DNA of 64,000 nucleotides from Octopus sinensis (GCF_006345805.1 NC_043003.1:88412001-88476000); one strand, 5' to 3'; positions 24,951 to 38,088 are shown, counted from the stretch's first letter. Notes: generated from the sequence alone by a model not told the origin. Program-made: numbers and translations.

Positions 24951-27011
24951 CAACTCATACTAGTTCCTTGTATAACATTTGTGGGTATCTTCTTTTATTT
25001 TGTTAGCATTCCTGGAGATAGCAGTGGTGTCAGTGTTAGTTGGTGGTGATGTTCATGGTTATTTTGTGATTGAATTAGTGATAGTGGTTATTGTAAAAGT
25101 AGTGGCAGTGTTATGGTGATAATGTTAGTGGTAGTGTGATCACTGTCATACAAAGTATTACTGTTATTATTGTTGTTCACCCAAAGGTCAGCTGTATCAA
25201 GTAAACTTATAGGTATTCTATCTTTGACCATCCCAGATTAATTTTTTTCCTTTTAAATAGCATATGTAGGGGTTCATTATTCAATGTGTTGTTTTTCAGA
25301 AAGGTTAAGCTATCATATAATGGTTGCCTCTTTGGCTCATGATGACGATAACTATGGTAGAAAATGGTGTGAGTAGATGACAGTAGAGTGATGGGTATAA
25401 ATGTTTGTTTATATCTGACATAAGCTAAATAGGTTTCTCAAATATCTTGTCTGATATAGTATTGCACAGGAGACAGCAGTTTGTCCAGCTGTATGTTTAA
25501 GTATTACATTACAGTTGCAACCCATCACAGTGTAATGATTAACACCTCTCCCTCTCTCACACACAAGCTCCTGCTTCTAATAAAAAGTAACAATAAATAC
25601 ATGATAAATTTTTTATTTGAACATTTTACTGTTTTTAATGGATCTGGTTGGTTTGGCTAACAGCATTTCAAAAATTGAAGTTTATTGAAAATTTTAAAAT
25701 TTGGCACAATAACAAACTTTTCCAAGCTGAATTGCTGGAGGTATTTCAATTTTTCCAAGAAAATGTTTAAAAAAAGTTATAGAGGTTTAAAGTTTGATCA
25801 TTTTCACCCAGTCAGGAAACAGGATTTGGGAGCTGTCATTTTGTGCATGACTCCACATTTGTCATCCTGAAAATAGCACATGTTGTCAATATTTGTAAAC
25901 AACACGTTTTGTAGTTTGAAGCATTCAATATGCATTTAATGCAAGTGTGATAAACAACACATTACATGGGATAAACACATTACAATTTTTCCCCACAAAC
26001 GGTTTCAATACAGTTTTAACAGAAAGATTTGAAAGAATTAGTTGAAAGTTCTCTGGTAATTTTCTTTCATTTAAATAAATGTTTATGTTAATTGAAAAAT
26101 TTGCCAGCAAAATCTTATAAAATGACAATGTTCTAAAAGATGTACATGTTTACATGTTATATATGAAAATAAATGAATGAACAAAATATGCTCAAAAAAC
26201 AAATATGTAAGCATGCAATAAACAGCACATTACAAAATATTTTTAAAATTAAAAACGAAATTTAGAAATATATTCAATCAATTTCTCAATCAAATCACAA
26301 GTTTCGTATCTCCTGCACCTCATAAATTTTCAGATATGAATCTACCATAGAACGGTGAGTGCCACAGAGTCGTTAAATAGCTCGCTTCAAAGCGAGGTTA
26401 TATCCACTTGTTGAGTATAGGTACCATCTTTCGGGTTAACAATAAAAGAAAGAGTAAACAACACGTCTTTCATAGTTTGAAGCATGCAATGTGCATTTAA
26501 TGCGATAGCACGAACTTAAAAGATTACAAATTAAATATTTTTAAAATCAAACATTTTGCTGACCAGTTCATTAAAAACAACAGTTAAAAATGCACTCAGT
26601 CAATTTCTTGAACAAATCACAATTTTCATATCTCCGGTGCTACATAAATTCACGTCCTCAATTGTCATCAGATAGGTGCATCCGTCTCCACATGTGTGCC
26701 ATTTTTCATGTGAATCCACCCAGCCGTTTGGCTGTGAACCTCAAGACAAGAAAGAATACAATGATCGCCCATGTCCAATTTATATTATATATATATATAT
26801 ATATATACAAACATATATACAGTGGGGGGAAATAAATATTCGTACATGTCCAAATTCGTTGAACATAAATGGGATATACCAATACTATATTTGCATACAC
26901 ATGCATAAACTAAGAATATGCAAAAGAAACTAATAAATTATAGTAACTAAGGAATTTATATTCAATTATAAATATTTAGGGGTGAAAAGGTATTTGTATA
27001 GAACATAAATA

Positions 27012-27053
27012 TTCATCATCGTTTAAAGCGGACGCTAAACGATGATGATGATG
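27012..27053 (+). mobile_element. 42-bp fold-back RTE tail insertion
   Basis: TCATCATCGTTTA-AAGCGGACGC-TAAACGATGATGA(TGATG), flanked by ATAAATA on both sides (27005-27011, 27054-27060). Confidence 0.75.
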
Positions 27054-27426
27054 ATAAATAATTGATAATTCTGATTTAATATTTCATAGTATAACCATTA
27101 TTAGGTTCCACTTCAACCAATCTCTTCTTGTAGTTCTTAATCAGTGACTTGCATGTTTCTTGACAAATTTTCTTCAAATGTGCAATGCATGTTGGGGTTC
27201 TTGAATGAATTTTAATTTTCAAATAATGCCACAAATTTTCAATGGGGCTCAAGTCAGGTGACTGGCTTGGCCATTCTAATAATTTTATATTGTGATCGAC
27301 AATCCATTTTTGGTAGACTTCGCCTTGTGCTTAGGGTTGTTATCTTGTTGCAAAACCCACCATTCACAAAGCTGGAGCTTTTCTACAGAGTCCCATAATT
27401 TATTGTTGAAAATATTTTGGTACATC

Positions 27427-30056
27427 TGTAGAATTTCTTCCTCTTTGTTTTAAAAAATGTAGATGTAAGGAAACAAGAAAAGCATCCGAACAATATATAT
27501 AACTCTTTATTCGGGTATATGTGAAATGTACATTTGGTCAGTCAGCAACCACACAGCAAATCTGGAGTTAATCAAAACACGTCTACAGTGTTAAACGGCC
27601 GCGTCCCGAGTCCCCGACACAAGCAAGGAATGCGACAGAACTTTTTCCGACAGTCTTTTAGCGCATGTGCATGAGGGAACCTCTTCAGGCCTTCTAGAAG
27701 ATTCCAACCCCGCACGCGTGCACTGAAGACTGTCAAGATGATGTCACTACAAGGCTCCCCCTCGAGTGCGGAAGCACAAAACAAAAAAAAATTGTAGTGG
27801 CTCTAGAAAATAAGGTGGTTACCAAATCACCAAAAACGTGGCACACAATATGACAACACAAAATAAAATTTACAATACAAACAAGCATGCACCAAAGAAA
27901 GAGAAAAAATACAAAAAAAAAAACAAAGTTCAATAAGTATTGTAACTATCACTGGAAACACAATTGAGAATGTCAAACATGAATAGTCTTTGTAAGTTTC
28001 TTTGGCCTGACCTTGTAACATAAGGTTTGTTCGAGGCAGGCTGCAACGACAAAGGTGGTGTTGCCGATGTTGGTGTTGATAAAGGTGCATGTGTAAGTGG
28101 TGGTGTTGTCAAAGGTGCATGTGAAGGTTCAAAGATGGTTAAAGATGTGGACACCTCAAAATATGCCCTTTTAAGACGATCTATGGAGACGGTCTCCGAA
28201 CGACCATTAATGTCAAGTTTGAATATTTTCAGTATGCGGGAAAGCACACGAAAAGGTCCTTTATAAGGAGAAACAAGAGGTCCTTTGACAGAATCATCTC
28301 GAACAAAAACATGTGTCCAAGAGTCAAGATCTGACGGCACATTAGAAGGAGGATTTTGGTGTCGGGGACCCATAGGAGGAAGAGCAGAAAAATAACTGTG
28401 TAGTCGAGCAACATAAGACTCTAAATTAAGAGACTGTGACTTGTCTGGCACCAACATCGTACCAAGCAATGCCAGTGTGGTACCATACAAGAGCTCGGCA
28501 GAAGAAAAACCAAGGTCTGCTTTAACCACAGTCCGACATCCAAGCAGGACGATAGGAAGAAATTCAGTCCACGACTGTGGATTTGGCGAGGCACGCAATG
28601 CGGCCTTAAGTTGCCTGTGGAAACGCTCCACCATCCCATTAGAAGCGGGATGGTAACTAGCGGTGCATATATGATGCACTCCCAGGATTTGTGATAACTC
28701 ACGAAATAAAACAGCTTTGAATTGTCGACCACGATCTGTGGTTAAACTGGATGGTACATTGAACCTAGCAAAATCCAGCTAGACACGAAAGCTTTCGCAA
28801 CAGTTTCGGCAGAAATATCTGCTATAGGAATGGCTTCCGGCCAACGTGAGAAATGATCGATACAAGTTAAAATATTTGAGAAACCGCGACTCACAGGCCA
28901 TGGTCCAACCAAGTCAAGGTGGACATGGCAAAAACGGGCCTCAGGAGAAGAGAACTGTCCAAATGGAGCACGAACGTGTCTATGGACTTTAGCTCTCTGG
29001 CACTTCAAACAAGAGTGTGCCCAAGAGGTAATCGATCACCGCATATTGGGCCAGAAGAACCGAGCAGTAACAAGCTTTACTGTGGCAGAGATGCCCGGAT
29101 GTGACAATGAATGAAAGGCATCAAAAACAGAACGTTGGTGTTTCTCAGGTACTAATGGCCTAGGAGAACCGGTGGAGATGTCACAAAGAATAGAGCCTTC
29201 AGCTGAAGGGTGCGGAAGGTAGGCAAACTTACAATTGATAAACTTGGATGAAGTTTAATCCAACTCCGCTAAAGCAGTTAAGTCAATTGCTGCAGGAGAG
29301 GAAATGGAATTGACAGGGAGCATAGAGAGAGCATCAGTTGGAACGTTCTCCTTCCCTGGCACATGTCGAATGTCACTTGTAAACTGAGAAATATAGTCCA
29401 GGTGATGGAAAGCACGAGAGGAGAGTTTGTCCGTTTTGGAAGATAGGGCAAACGTAAGGGGCTTGTGATCAGTATAAATCACAAACTCCCGTCCCTCGAG
29501 CTGGTGCTGAAAATGCCGAACTGACGGATAGATCGCTAGTAACTCACAATCAAAAGTATTATATCTGCGTTCGGCAGGCAGCAGTTGGAAAGAAAAGAAA
29601 TCCAAAGGTTTTGTTTCACCATCTACAGTGTGCTGCAAAACAGCACCAACTGCAGAATCTGATGCGTCCACAGATAAAGAAAGTGGATGCATCAGAAGGC
29701 TGCATGTTCGAATCACGTTGGGGTCACCACTTGTAGAATTTCTTCCTCTTTGTTTTAAAAAATGTAGATGTAAGGTAACAAGAAAAGCATCCGAACAATA
29801 TATATAACTCTTTATTCGGGTATATGTGAAATGTACATTTGGTCAGTCAGCAACCACACAGCAAATCTGGAGTTAATAAAAACATGTCTACAGTGTTCAA
29901 CGGCCACGTCCCAAGTCCCCGACGCAAGTAAGGAATGCGACAGAACTTTTTCCGACAGTCTTTTAGCGCATGTGCATGAGGGAACCTCCTTAGGCCTTCT
30001 AGAAGATTCTAACCCCACACGCACGCACTGAAGACTGTCAAGATGACGTCACTACA
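27427..30056 (-). mobile_element. Gypsy LTR retrotransposon lacking gag and RT (RNase H and integrase retained)
   Basis: 325-bp TG...CA LTRs at 27427-27751 and 29732-30056 (about 14 differences by eye). 4-bp TSD CATC. PPT ACTCGAGGGGGAGCCT and tRNA-Trp PBS. RNase H (VDASDSAVGAVLQ, ELLAI, YTDHKPL) and integrase ([27 protein letters not shown]-like YKGPFRVL). Confidence 0.97.
29691..29729 (+). other. Reverse-transcribed copy of the tRNA-Trp 3' half (positions 38-76, including CCA) acting as an over-long PBS
   Basis: ATCAGAAGGCTGCATGTTCGAATCACGTTGGGGTCACCA versus eukaryotic tRNA-Trp(CCA) ATCAGAAGGCTGCGTGTTCGAATCACGTCGGGGTCA+CCA (recalled sequence). Both differences are at CpGs. Not a complete tRNA gene. 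Confidence 0.9.
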
Positions 30057-30318
30057 CATCTCTGCATTCATTCTACAATCTATCTCATGTAAATTGCAAG
30101 TACCATTTGCAGAGATGATGTTGCCACCTCCAAACTTTACGGTAGGAATTGTGTTTTTCGGCGAATAGGCGGTACCATCTTTCCTCCAAACATGGCTATG
30201 CAAATTTTGTCCAAACAATTCAATTTTTGACTCTTAGTCAACAGCGGAGTTTTTCTAGGAGAACGTGACTTCAGTTCATTCCTATGAAGTTCATTGCTGA
30301 TTGTTTGTAACACTAGAC

Positions 30319-32658
30319 CAGTGATTCCCAAGGTGGGGCGTACGCCCCACTGGTGGGGCCTGAGAAAATTCAGGTGGGGCGCGGGGCATAGACGTGGGCT
30401 GTGAAAATATTTGTACATGACGAGCGGTCATCGCGGGCACAACCTTAGATTCCGTCTTTCTTTTGAAGCCTCCACATCGGAAACTCTCGCACCCCAGCGA
30501 GACAAAGAAGATCCCGCACTGAGCAATAAACTTACTATTCAGATAAGCCAATCAATTGCCTCAATTAGTCTTTTGTTAGCCCTATTGAAAATGAGCAAAC
30601 CAAACAAGAAGAAGACTCGTCAATACGCGGTGGAGTTTTTGAAGTTTGGATTCATTCCTGATGAGCATGATGAGCGTAAACCGTTTTGCTTATTATGTAA
30701 TCAGACGATGAGCAATGAGTCAATGAAGGCAGGTAGGCTGGAAGCGCACTTAAAGGTAAGACATCCTAATAATTCTAATTTAGATTTGGAATACTTCAAA
30801 TCATTGAAAGAAAAATTTAAAAACCGAACAAAACTCACTTCACTATTTCATGCAAAACAAGCGCCTCATACTCGTGCCCTTGAAGCCAGCTACGAAATCT
30901 CCTTGCTTATAGCAAAACATGGAAAGAATCACACTATTGGAGAGCAACTGATTAAACCTGCTATCTCAATATTCTTAAAAACTGTATTACAAAAAGATGA
31001 TGGAGATATCAGGACTATGCCACTCAGTAATAACACTGTCTCGAACAGAATAGATGAAATGGGGCAAGATGTTGAAAGCCAGCTCATTGAGAAATTAAAA
31101 TTGCGTAAGTTTTCATACAAATGGACGAATCCACAATCCGGGACAGTGAGGCTCTGTTATTGACTTATGTGAGGTATATTGACCACGAGGAGTTTCAGGA
31201 AGAGATGCTGTTCTGCGAATCGTTTGAAACCACCACAACTGCAAATGATATTTACATCAAAATCAAACATTATTTGGATGCAAACAAAATACCAAAGGAA
31301 AACTTACTGGCATGTGCGGCAGACGGTGCACCTGCCATGATGGGCAAGAATACAGGATGCTTAAAAATGATGAAGGATGAAAATCCAAACATGTTGACTG
31401 TCCATTGTGTAATACACCGAGAAAACTTGGTTGCCAAGAAATTGTCCCCTGTTCTTAACAAGATTCTTCAAAGTGTGATCAAGTGTGTCAACAGCATTAA
31501 AAGAAATTCTAAATCTGAACGTCTTTTTAAGCAGTTTTGTATAAATCAAAGTGCCGAACATGTTCGATTATTGCTTCATACAGAAGTAAGATGGCTATCA
31601 AGTGGAAACTGCTTAAAGAGGTTCATGGAATTATTTGATCAGATAACGACTTTCTTAGTGATAAATGTGAAATGAAATTGCTGTCAACAACGGATGGAAA
31701 AGCATTTGTCAGTTATTTGACAGACATATTTGAGAAACTTGGAAACTTGAATAAACAACTTCAAGGTGCAAACATGACACTTATTGATGCAAAAGCAAGA
31801 TTTTTGGATTTATTACAGCTCTCGAATTATGAAAAAGAAATTTTCCAAAAGAAATTTCAGTGAACTTTACTGGTTGAGTAAATGTGAAATAACGAATGAT
31901 GCTGGCATTGTAATTATTGATCATTTAAATATCTTGATAAAGGATTTCAATGACAGATTTTGCGATTTAAAGGCAATGAATTTTCCTTCTTGGTTAACTC
32001 AACCGCTTCTGATTAACGTTCTGATGCTACAATCCAATACCAAGAAGAGTTATCAGAATTACAACATGATGAATCAGTGAAGACTTTGTTTAAATTGAAA
32101 GGTACAAAGATGTGGCTATATGACGAGGTTGAAAGAAAATATCCTAAAATTTCTACATCAGCGAGAGAGCTACTGATTCCTTCCCTTCGTCTTATTTGGT
32201 CGAATGTGGTTTTAGTGCAGTTGATAATTTGCTCGAAGCCAAGAGAACCGGCTTGAGATTACAAAACGTGGCGATTTATGACTGAAATTACAAAGTTGTC
32301 TCCTCAAATTAAAAACTTGTGCTGTATGCATCAGGCACAGGGTTCTCACTAAATTAGTCGAGCTGACCGTCAAATAATTGAACTGAAAAAACGTGTTTCT
32401 TTATTCTTTATAAATTGACATTTTTTAAAAACATGAGAAATCGTAATAATTTTATCGATTTATTGGGTGTTATGCACTTTCAGTGCCTGTTGTTTCAATT
32501 CTCAAACTATTTTTTTGTATTTTGAATACAATTTTTTAATTTTTGATTTTTTTTCAATTGTAAGTAGGCCCACATGTACTTGTAAATGTGAGTGGACATG
32601 GGAAAAGGTGGGGCGTAAAAACTTTTGCTATGAAAAAGTGGGGCGCCGGGAAACACTG
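30319..32658 (+). mobile_element. Full-length hAT (Buster/Charlie, ZBED5/ZBED8-like) transposon with frameshifted transposase at 30591-32352
   Basis: TIRs CAGTGATTCCC and GGGAAACACTG. Perfect 8-bp TSD CACTAGAC (30311-30318, 32659-32666). BED finger CLLC...HLKVRH, DEST, ADGAPAM, HCVIHRE and EVRWLS. Several frameshifts. Confidence 0.97.
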
Positions 32659-33372
32659 CACTAGACCCTGAAGCTAACAAATCTTCTTACAACTCCTTTC
32701 TGGTGATCATTGCATTTTTTCTGATTATTCACTTCATTTTTCTTAAAGATCTAGGTGAAATCTTGTGTTTTCAAAAGTTCCCGATTTTTTTTATATCTTT
32801 GAATAAATGAAGATATGGTAGAAAATGGAATACAAAGGGTCTCTGATATTTTCCTGTAACTTTTACCTGCTTTCCACTGCTCAATAATTAAGTTTTTCAC
32901 TGAATTTGTGAGTTCTTTACTTTTCGCCATTATTACGATAATGCTTTATGCTGTCTCATTGCTGAATGAAGAAACTAGTGTTTTGACACTTAAAAATGAC
33001 AACTGATAAGATTATTGGAACAAACGAGAAAGTTCTAGTAAAAAATAATTATTTTAACAGTATTTTGTGGCATAGAAAATCATAAATTTATTCTGTATGA
33101 ATACTTTTTTCTCCCCTAAATATTTATAATTGAATATAAATTCCTTAGTTACTATAATTTATTAGTTTCTTTTGCATATTCTTAGTTTATGCATGTGTAT
33201 GCAAATATAGTATTGGTATATCCCATTTATGTTCATTAGAAATTAAATAAATAAAGAATTTTGACATGCACAAATATATATTTCTCCCCACTGTATATTT
33301 AATATATATATATAAACATATATCTATATATATTATATATATAAATCATATATATATATCATAAACATATAT

Positions 33373-34999
33373 AGTCAGCTTGGATGAGATGCAGTTTGGT
33401 TTCGTGCCAGGAAAAAGCACCACTGATGCCATATTTCTGGTGAGACAGCTGCAGGAGAAATACCTAGCCAAAGATAAGCCCCTGTACCTGGCTTTCGTTG
33501 ACATGGAGAAAGCCTTTGACAGGGTCCCCCGATCCCTTATCTGGTGGTCAATGAGGAAACTAGGGATAGATGAATGGTTAGTGAGAGCCGTGCAAGCCAT
33601 GTACAGAGACGCTGTAAGTAAGGTGAGGGTTGGCAACGAGTACACTAAAGAATTCAGGGTAGAGGTAGGGGTCCACCAAGGTTCAGTCCTCAGCCCCTTC
33701 CTATTTATCATAATCCTCCAGGCAATAACAGAGGAATTCAAGACAGGATGCCCCTGGGAGCTCCTCTATGCTGATGACCTTGCTCTAATTGCTGAGTCAC
33801 TATCAGAACTAGAGGCAAAGTTTCAAGTGTGGAGACAAGGATTAGAATCGAAAGGCCTTAGAATCAACCTAGCCAAAACCAAAGTCGTAATATGTAGGAA
33901 GGCAGGCAAATCACAAACGCCTTCAGGTAGATGGCCCTGCTCGATCTGTAGAAAAGGCGTAGGTAGAAACTCTATAAGATGCACCAAGTGTAAGCTATGG
34001 ACACATAAGAGGTGCAGCAATATCAAAGGAAGGCTAACTGAGAAGATAGTTTTTGTATATGGCAGATGCTCAGGAGCAATAAACACTGAAAATGCGCAGA
34101 GAACAACTTCCGCCACATTCCAGGGAGAAAGACTAGAAGTTGTTGATATCTTCCGTTACCTAGGTGACCAAGTCAGTAGCGGGGCGGGTGTGCTGAAAGT
34201 GTAACTGCTAGAGTAAGAATAGCCTGGGCAAAGTTCAGAGAGCTCTTACCTCTGCTGGTGACAAAAGGCCTCTCGCTTAGAATAAAAGGTAGACTGAATG
34301 ATGCATGTGTACGAACAGCCATGCTACATGGCAGTGAAACTTGGGCCATGACAGCTGAGGATATGCGTAAGCTCGCAAGAAATGAAGCCAGTATGCTCCG
34401 ATGGATGTGTAACGTCAGTGTTCATACTCGACAGAGTGTAAGTACCTTGAGAGAAAAGTTGGACCTAAGAAGCATCAGTTGTGGTGTGCAAGAAAGACGT
34501 TTGCGCTGGTGTGGTCATGTAGCGAGAATGGATGAAGAGAGTTGTGTGAAAAAGTCCCACACCCTAGCGGTTGAGGGAACCTGTGGAAGAGGTAGACCCA
34601 GGAAAACCTGGGACGAGGTGGTGAAGCACGACTTTCGAACTTTAGGTCTCACCGAGGAAATGACCAGAGACCGAGACCTTTGGAAGTATGCTGTGTGTGG
34701 GAAGACCCGGCAGGACAAGTGAGACCATAACCCGTGCCTCTATTTGGGACGTAGCCAGCCCACTTATGCATACCTTTCCTTCTTCTGACACAAACCCTAC
34801 TTGTGAAGACCTGTTGAGGCAAGTGAAAATCGAAATCGTTCAACATGAATGGAAATTGTAGCTGTGATACCAGTGCCAGTGGCACATAAGAGAGCCATCC
34901 AAATGTGGCCGTTGCCAGCGCCGCCCCGACTGGCCTCCGTGCCGGTGGCACGTAAAACGCACCATCCGATTGTGGCCGTTGCCAGCCTTGTCTGGCCCC
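33373..34999 (+). mobile_element. RTE LINE, 5'-truncated, running into the assembly gap
   Basis: ORFs 33380-34204 and 34258-34722 (QFGFVPGKSTTDAIF, LLYADDL, RYLG, GRGRPRKTW), followed by a 3' UTR with ~60-bp units. Confidence 0.95.
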
Positions 35000-35099
35000 N
35001 NNNNNNNNNNNNNNNNNNNNNNNNNNNNNNNNNNNNNNNNNNNNNNNNNNNNNNNNNNNNNNNNNNNNNNNNNNNNNNNNNNNNNNNNNNNNNNNNNNN
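35000..35099. other. Assembly gap (100 N)
   Basis: Run of N. The sequences on either side belong to different LINE families. Confidence 0.99.
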
Positions 35100-37150
35100 G
35101 AACCGCCTGAGCAAGCACACCAAAAGTGGTGAGAAGTCTCGGCTCGAGAGAATGCTAATGGAAATGAGAAAAGTCTGCATCAGTCCCATGAAAGGAAGAG
35201 CAAGATAAAGAAGCTTGGGTAATAGAAAATATAAAATCAAACCCTAAAGCTTTCTTTAAGCTTGCCAAAGAGACAGCCACAGCGCACCAGAGAATAGGAC
35301 CTCTCTTCCAAAAAGATGGCTCTCTCATAGGAAATCCCACGAGGATAAGTGAAATACTGAACGAACAATTCCAAAGTGTGTTCACTACACCTCTAGGACA
35401 CAGGCAAGTAAACAACCCAGAAGAATTCCTTGCCACTTTACCTGCGGCCAAAGAGGCAAAAATTGAGTACATCAACATTGAAGATGATGATATCTCACTA
35501 GCCAGAGATGAGATTGACACAAACTCTGCTGCTGGAACTGATGGATTTCCAGCGATCCTTCTCAAATCGTGCAAACGTACCCTTGCAAAACCGCTACATC
35601 TTCTTTTACAGAGCTTTCTTGCAGTGGTAAGCTCCCAGTCAAATTAAAAGAGGGGTTAATATGCCCTATCCATAAGAAGAGGTAGCAGAGCTATGCTAAA
35701 AATTATAGGCCTATCTCTCTGACCTCACACATCAGCAAAGTCATGGAACGAATAGTCCGCAAGTACTATCATGTTCCTTGAAGAAATGACTTGCTGTCTG
35801 ACACCCAGCATGGATTTCGACCAGGTAAAGCTGCCTAACACAGCTCCTGCAACACTATGACTGGGTGTTAAAACAGCTAAATGTGTTAAATGTGGATGTA
35901 ATATATCTCGACTTTGCAAAAGCCTTTGATAAGGTCGACCGTGGTATGATCTGTCACAAACTGCATGGTCTCGGCACAGGCGGGAAACTTGGAGAGTGGC
36001 TGCACAACTTCCTAAAAGACAGAAAACAGGCAGTTGTGAGCAATGGAGCCACCTCCAAGGAAACACAAATAACAAGCGGTGTTTCACAGGGCACTGTCTT
36101 GGGGTCACTGCTGTTCATAGTGGCCCTTTCAGACATGCCTTCAGTTGCTACGATGGCCACCCTTGCTAGCTACGCAGATGACACAAAAGTCTCCCACACA
36201 ATACAAAACCCTGAAAATATTGCGCATCTGCAACAGGAGTTGGATACAATATACGGGTGGGCTGAGGACAACAACATGCAGTTTAATGCAGGTAAGTTCC
36301 AGGCCCTGCGCTACTGGCACACAAAGGTAAACGACGTGCAGACTGGATACACTGGCCCAGGAAGAATTGCAATCCCTGAGTCAAAATCAGTGCGTGACCT
36401 GGGCATTGACATGAGCAATGATACATCTTCCCAAATGCATATTACTAATCTGGTGATAAAATGCAGACGGCTAGCTGGATGGATTCTCTGAACTTTCAGA
36501 ACAAGAGAGAAGGAGACACTGATGGTCCTCTGGAAAACATTCGTCCTCAACCGCTTGGACTACTGCTCCCAACTGTGGTCACCACACAATATAAAACAAA
36601 CAGCAGAACTCGAAGCAATTCAAAGAAGCTACACAAAGAAGATCGTCTCAATGCAAAATATCAGCTACTGGGAAAGACTGAAGGTATTAAACCTCTTCTC
36701 CCTGGAGCGGAGGCGGGAGAGATATGCGGTGATATACATCTGGAAAATCCTGGAGGGTCTTGTCCCAAACTTTGGCATTCAAAGTTACTCCAACCGCAGA
36801 ACGGGGCGCCGCTGCGTGGTGCCAAGGATTCCAACATCACCATCAAAATACAGGTCCAGATACTGCAACAGCTTGGGTTTCAGAGGACCACAGCTCTTTA
36901 ACATCCTCCCTAAATGCCTGAGAGACTTGCATGGTGTGGATGTAGGTTTCTTTAAAACTAAACTGGATCTCTTCTTGTTGGGGGTCCCAGATGAACCTAC
37001 CTCACGACATGAGACACAGATGCGGGCAGCAGCATCGAACTCCCTTGTTAATCAAGTGCCACGTATCAGAGGTGGATTCACATATTAGTGTAGCTCATTC
37101 AGCGGTGGTGCCCCAGCATGGCCGCGGCCTTCGGGCTGAAATATTTTTAA
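35100..37150 (+). mobile_element. CR1-group LINE, RT region and 3' tail, frameshifted
   Basis: YLDFAKAFDKV, GVSQGTVLGSLLF, YADDTK, VRDLGI and LDYCSQLWSP. Tail GGTGCCCCAGCATGGCCGCGGCCTTCGGGCTGAAA. Confidence 0.93.
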
Positions 37151-37154
37151 GGAT

Positions 37155-37165
37155 TTATATGTCTG

Positions 37166-37196
<31 letters not shown>

Positions 37197-37236
37197 GTAT
37201 ATATATATTGTATATATATAGTATGTATATATATAT

Positions 37237-37273
<37 letters not shown>

Positions 37274-37401
37274 TTATATGTATATATATAATATATATAT
37301 GTAATATAGTATATAGGTTATATTATATATATGTATATATTATATATATGTATATAATATATATCTATATATATGTGTATATATAATATATATATGTATA
37401 T

Positions 37402-37434
<33 letters not shown>

Positions 37435-37635
37435 TATATATATATGTATATATATATATATGTATTATATATATAATATACTGTATATATATATATATAT
37501 GTATGTATATTATATATATATATATATATAATATATATATATATATGTATTATAATTACTGATATATGAACATATATGGCTGTGTTAGTAATACCAGCGA
37601 TTATAATTATTTTTTTATTTTCTCGCAATTTGATT

Positions 37636-37696
<61 letters not shown>

Positions 37697-38088
37697 TATA
37701 TATATATCTATATATATAAATATGTATGTATATCATGCTATGTATATATATATATGTATATATATATAAATATATTATATATATGTATGTCTAATCTATA
37801 TATATATAAATATGCATATATATATGCATATATATATATGTATATATATATTATATATAATGCATATATATCTATGTATATATATTGCATATATATATAT
37901 GTATATATATATATGCATATATATATATGTATATATATATATGTATATATATATGCATATATATATATATATATATATAATATATATGTATATATATGCA
38001 TATATATATATGTATATTATATATGTTTATATATATGCATATATATATATGCATATATATTATATATGCATATATATATGCATATATA

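Larger units (their letters stand above)
26820..33293 (-). mobile_element. Tc1-family DNA transposon hosting three nested insertions
   Basis: TA|CAGTGGGGG.AAATAAATATT and ATATATTTCTCCCCACTG|TA termini. The transposase starts at 32930 (MAKSKELTNSVKNLIIEQWKAGKSYRKISETL). It continues [25 protein letters not shown] (about 30120-30195) and QQDNNPKHKAKST..EWPSQSPDLSPIENLW (about 27225-27350). Confidence 0.92.

Noticed and set aside
29691-29729. A tRNA-Trp gene
   Set aside because: The 5' half is absent and CCA is encoded, so it is a cDNA copy of mature tRNA.
30591-32352. Domesticated ZBED/SCAND3-type host gene (likewise GTF2IRD2-like at 61910)
   Set aside because: TIRs, a perfect TSD (30319 element) and frameshifts show these are transposon copies.
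34990-35110. RTE-CR1 chimeric element
   Set aside because: The junction is the 100-N gap, so adjacency is unverified.
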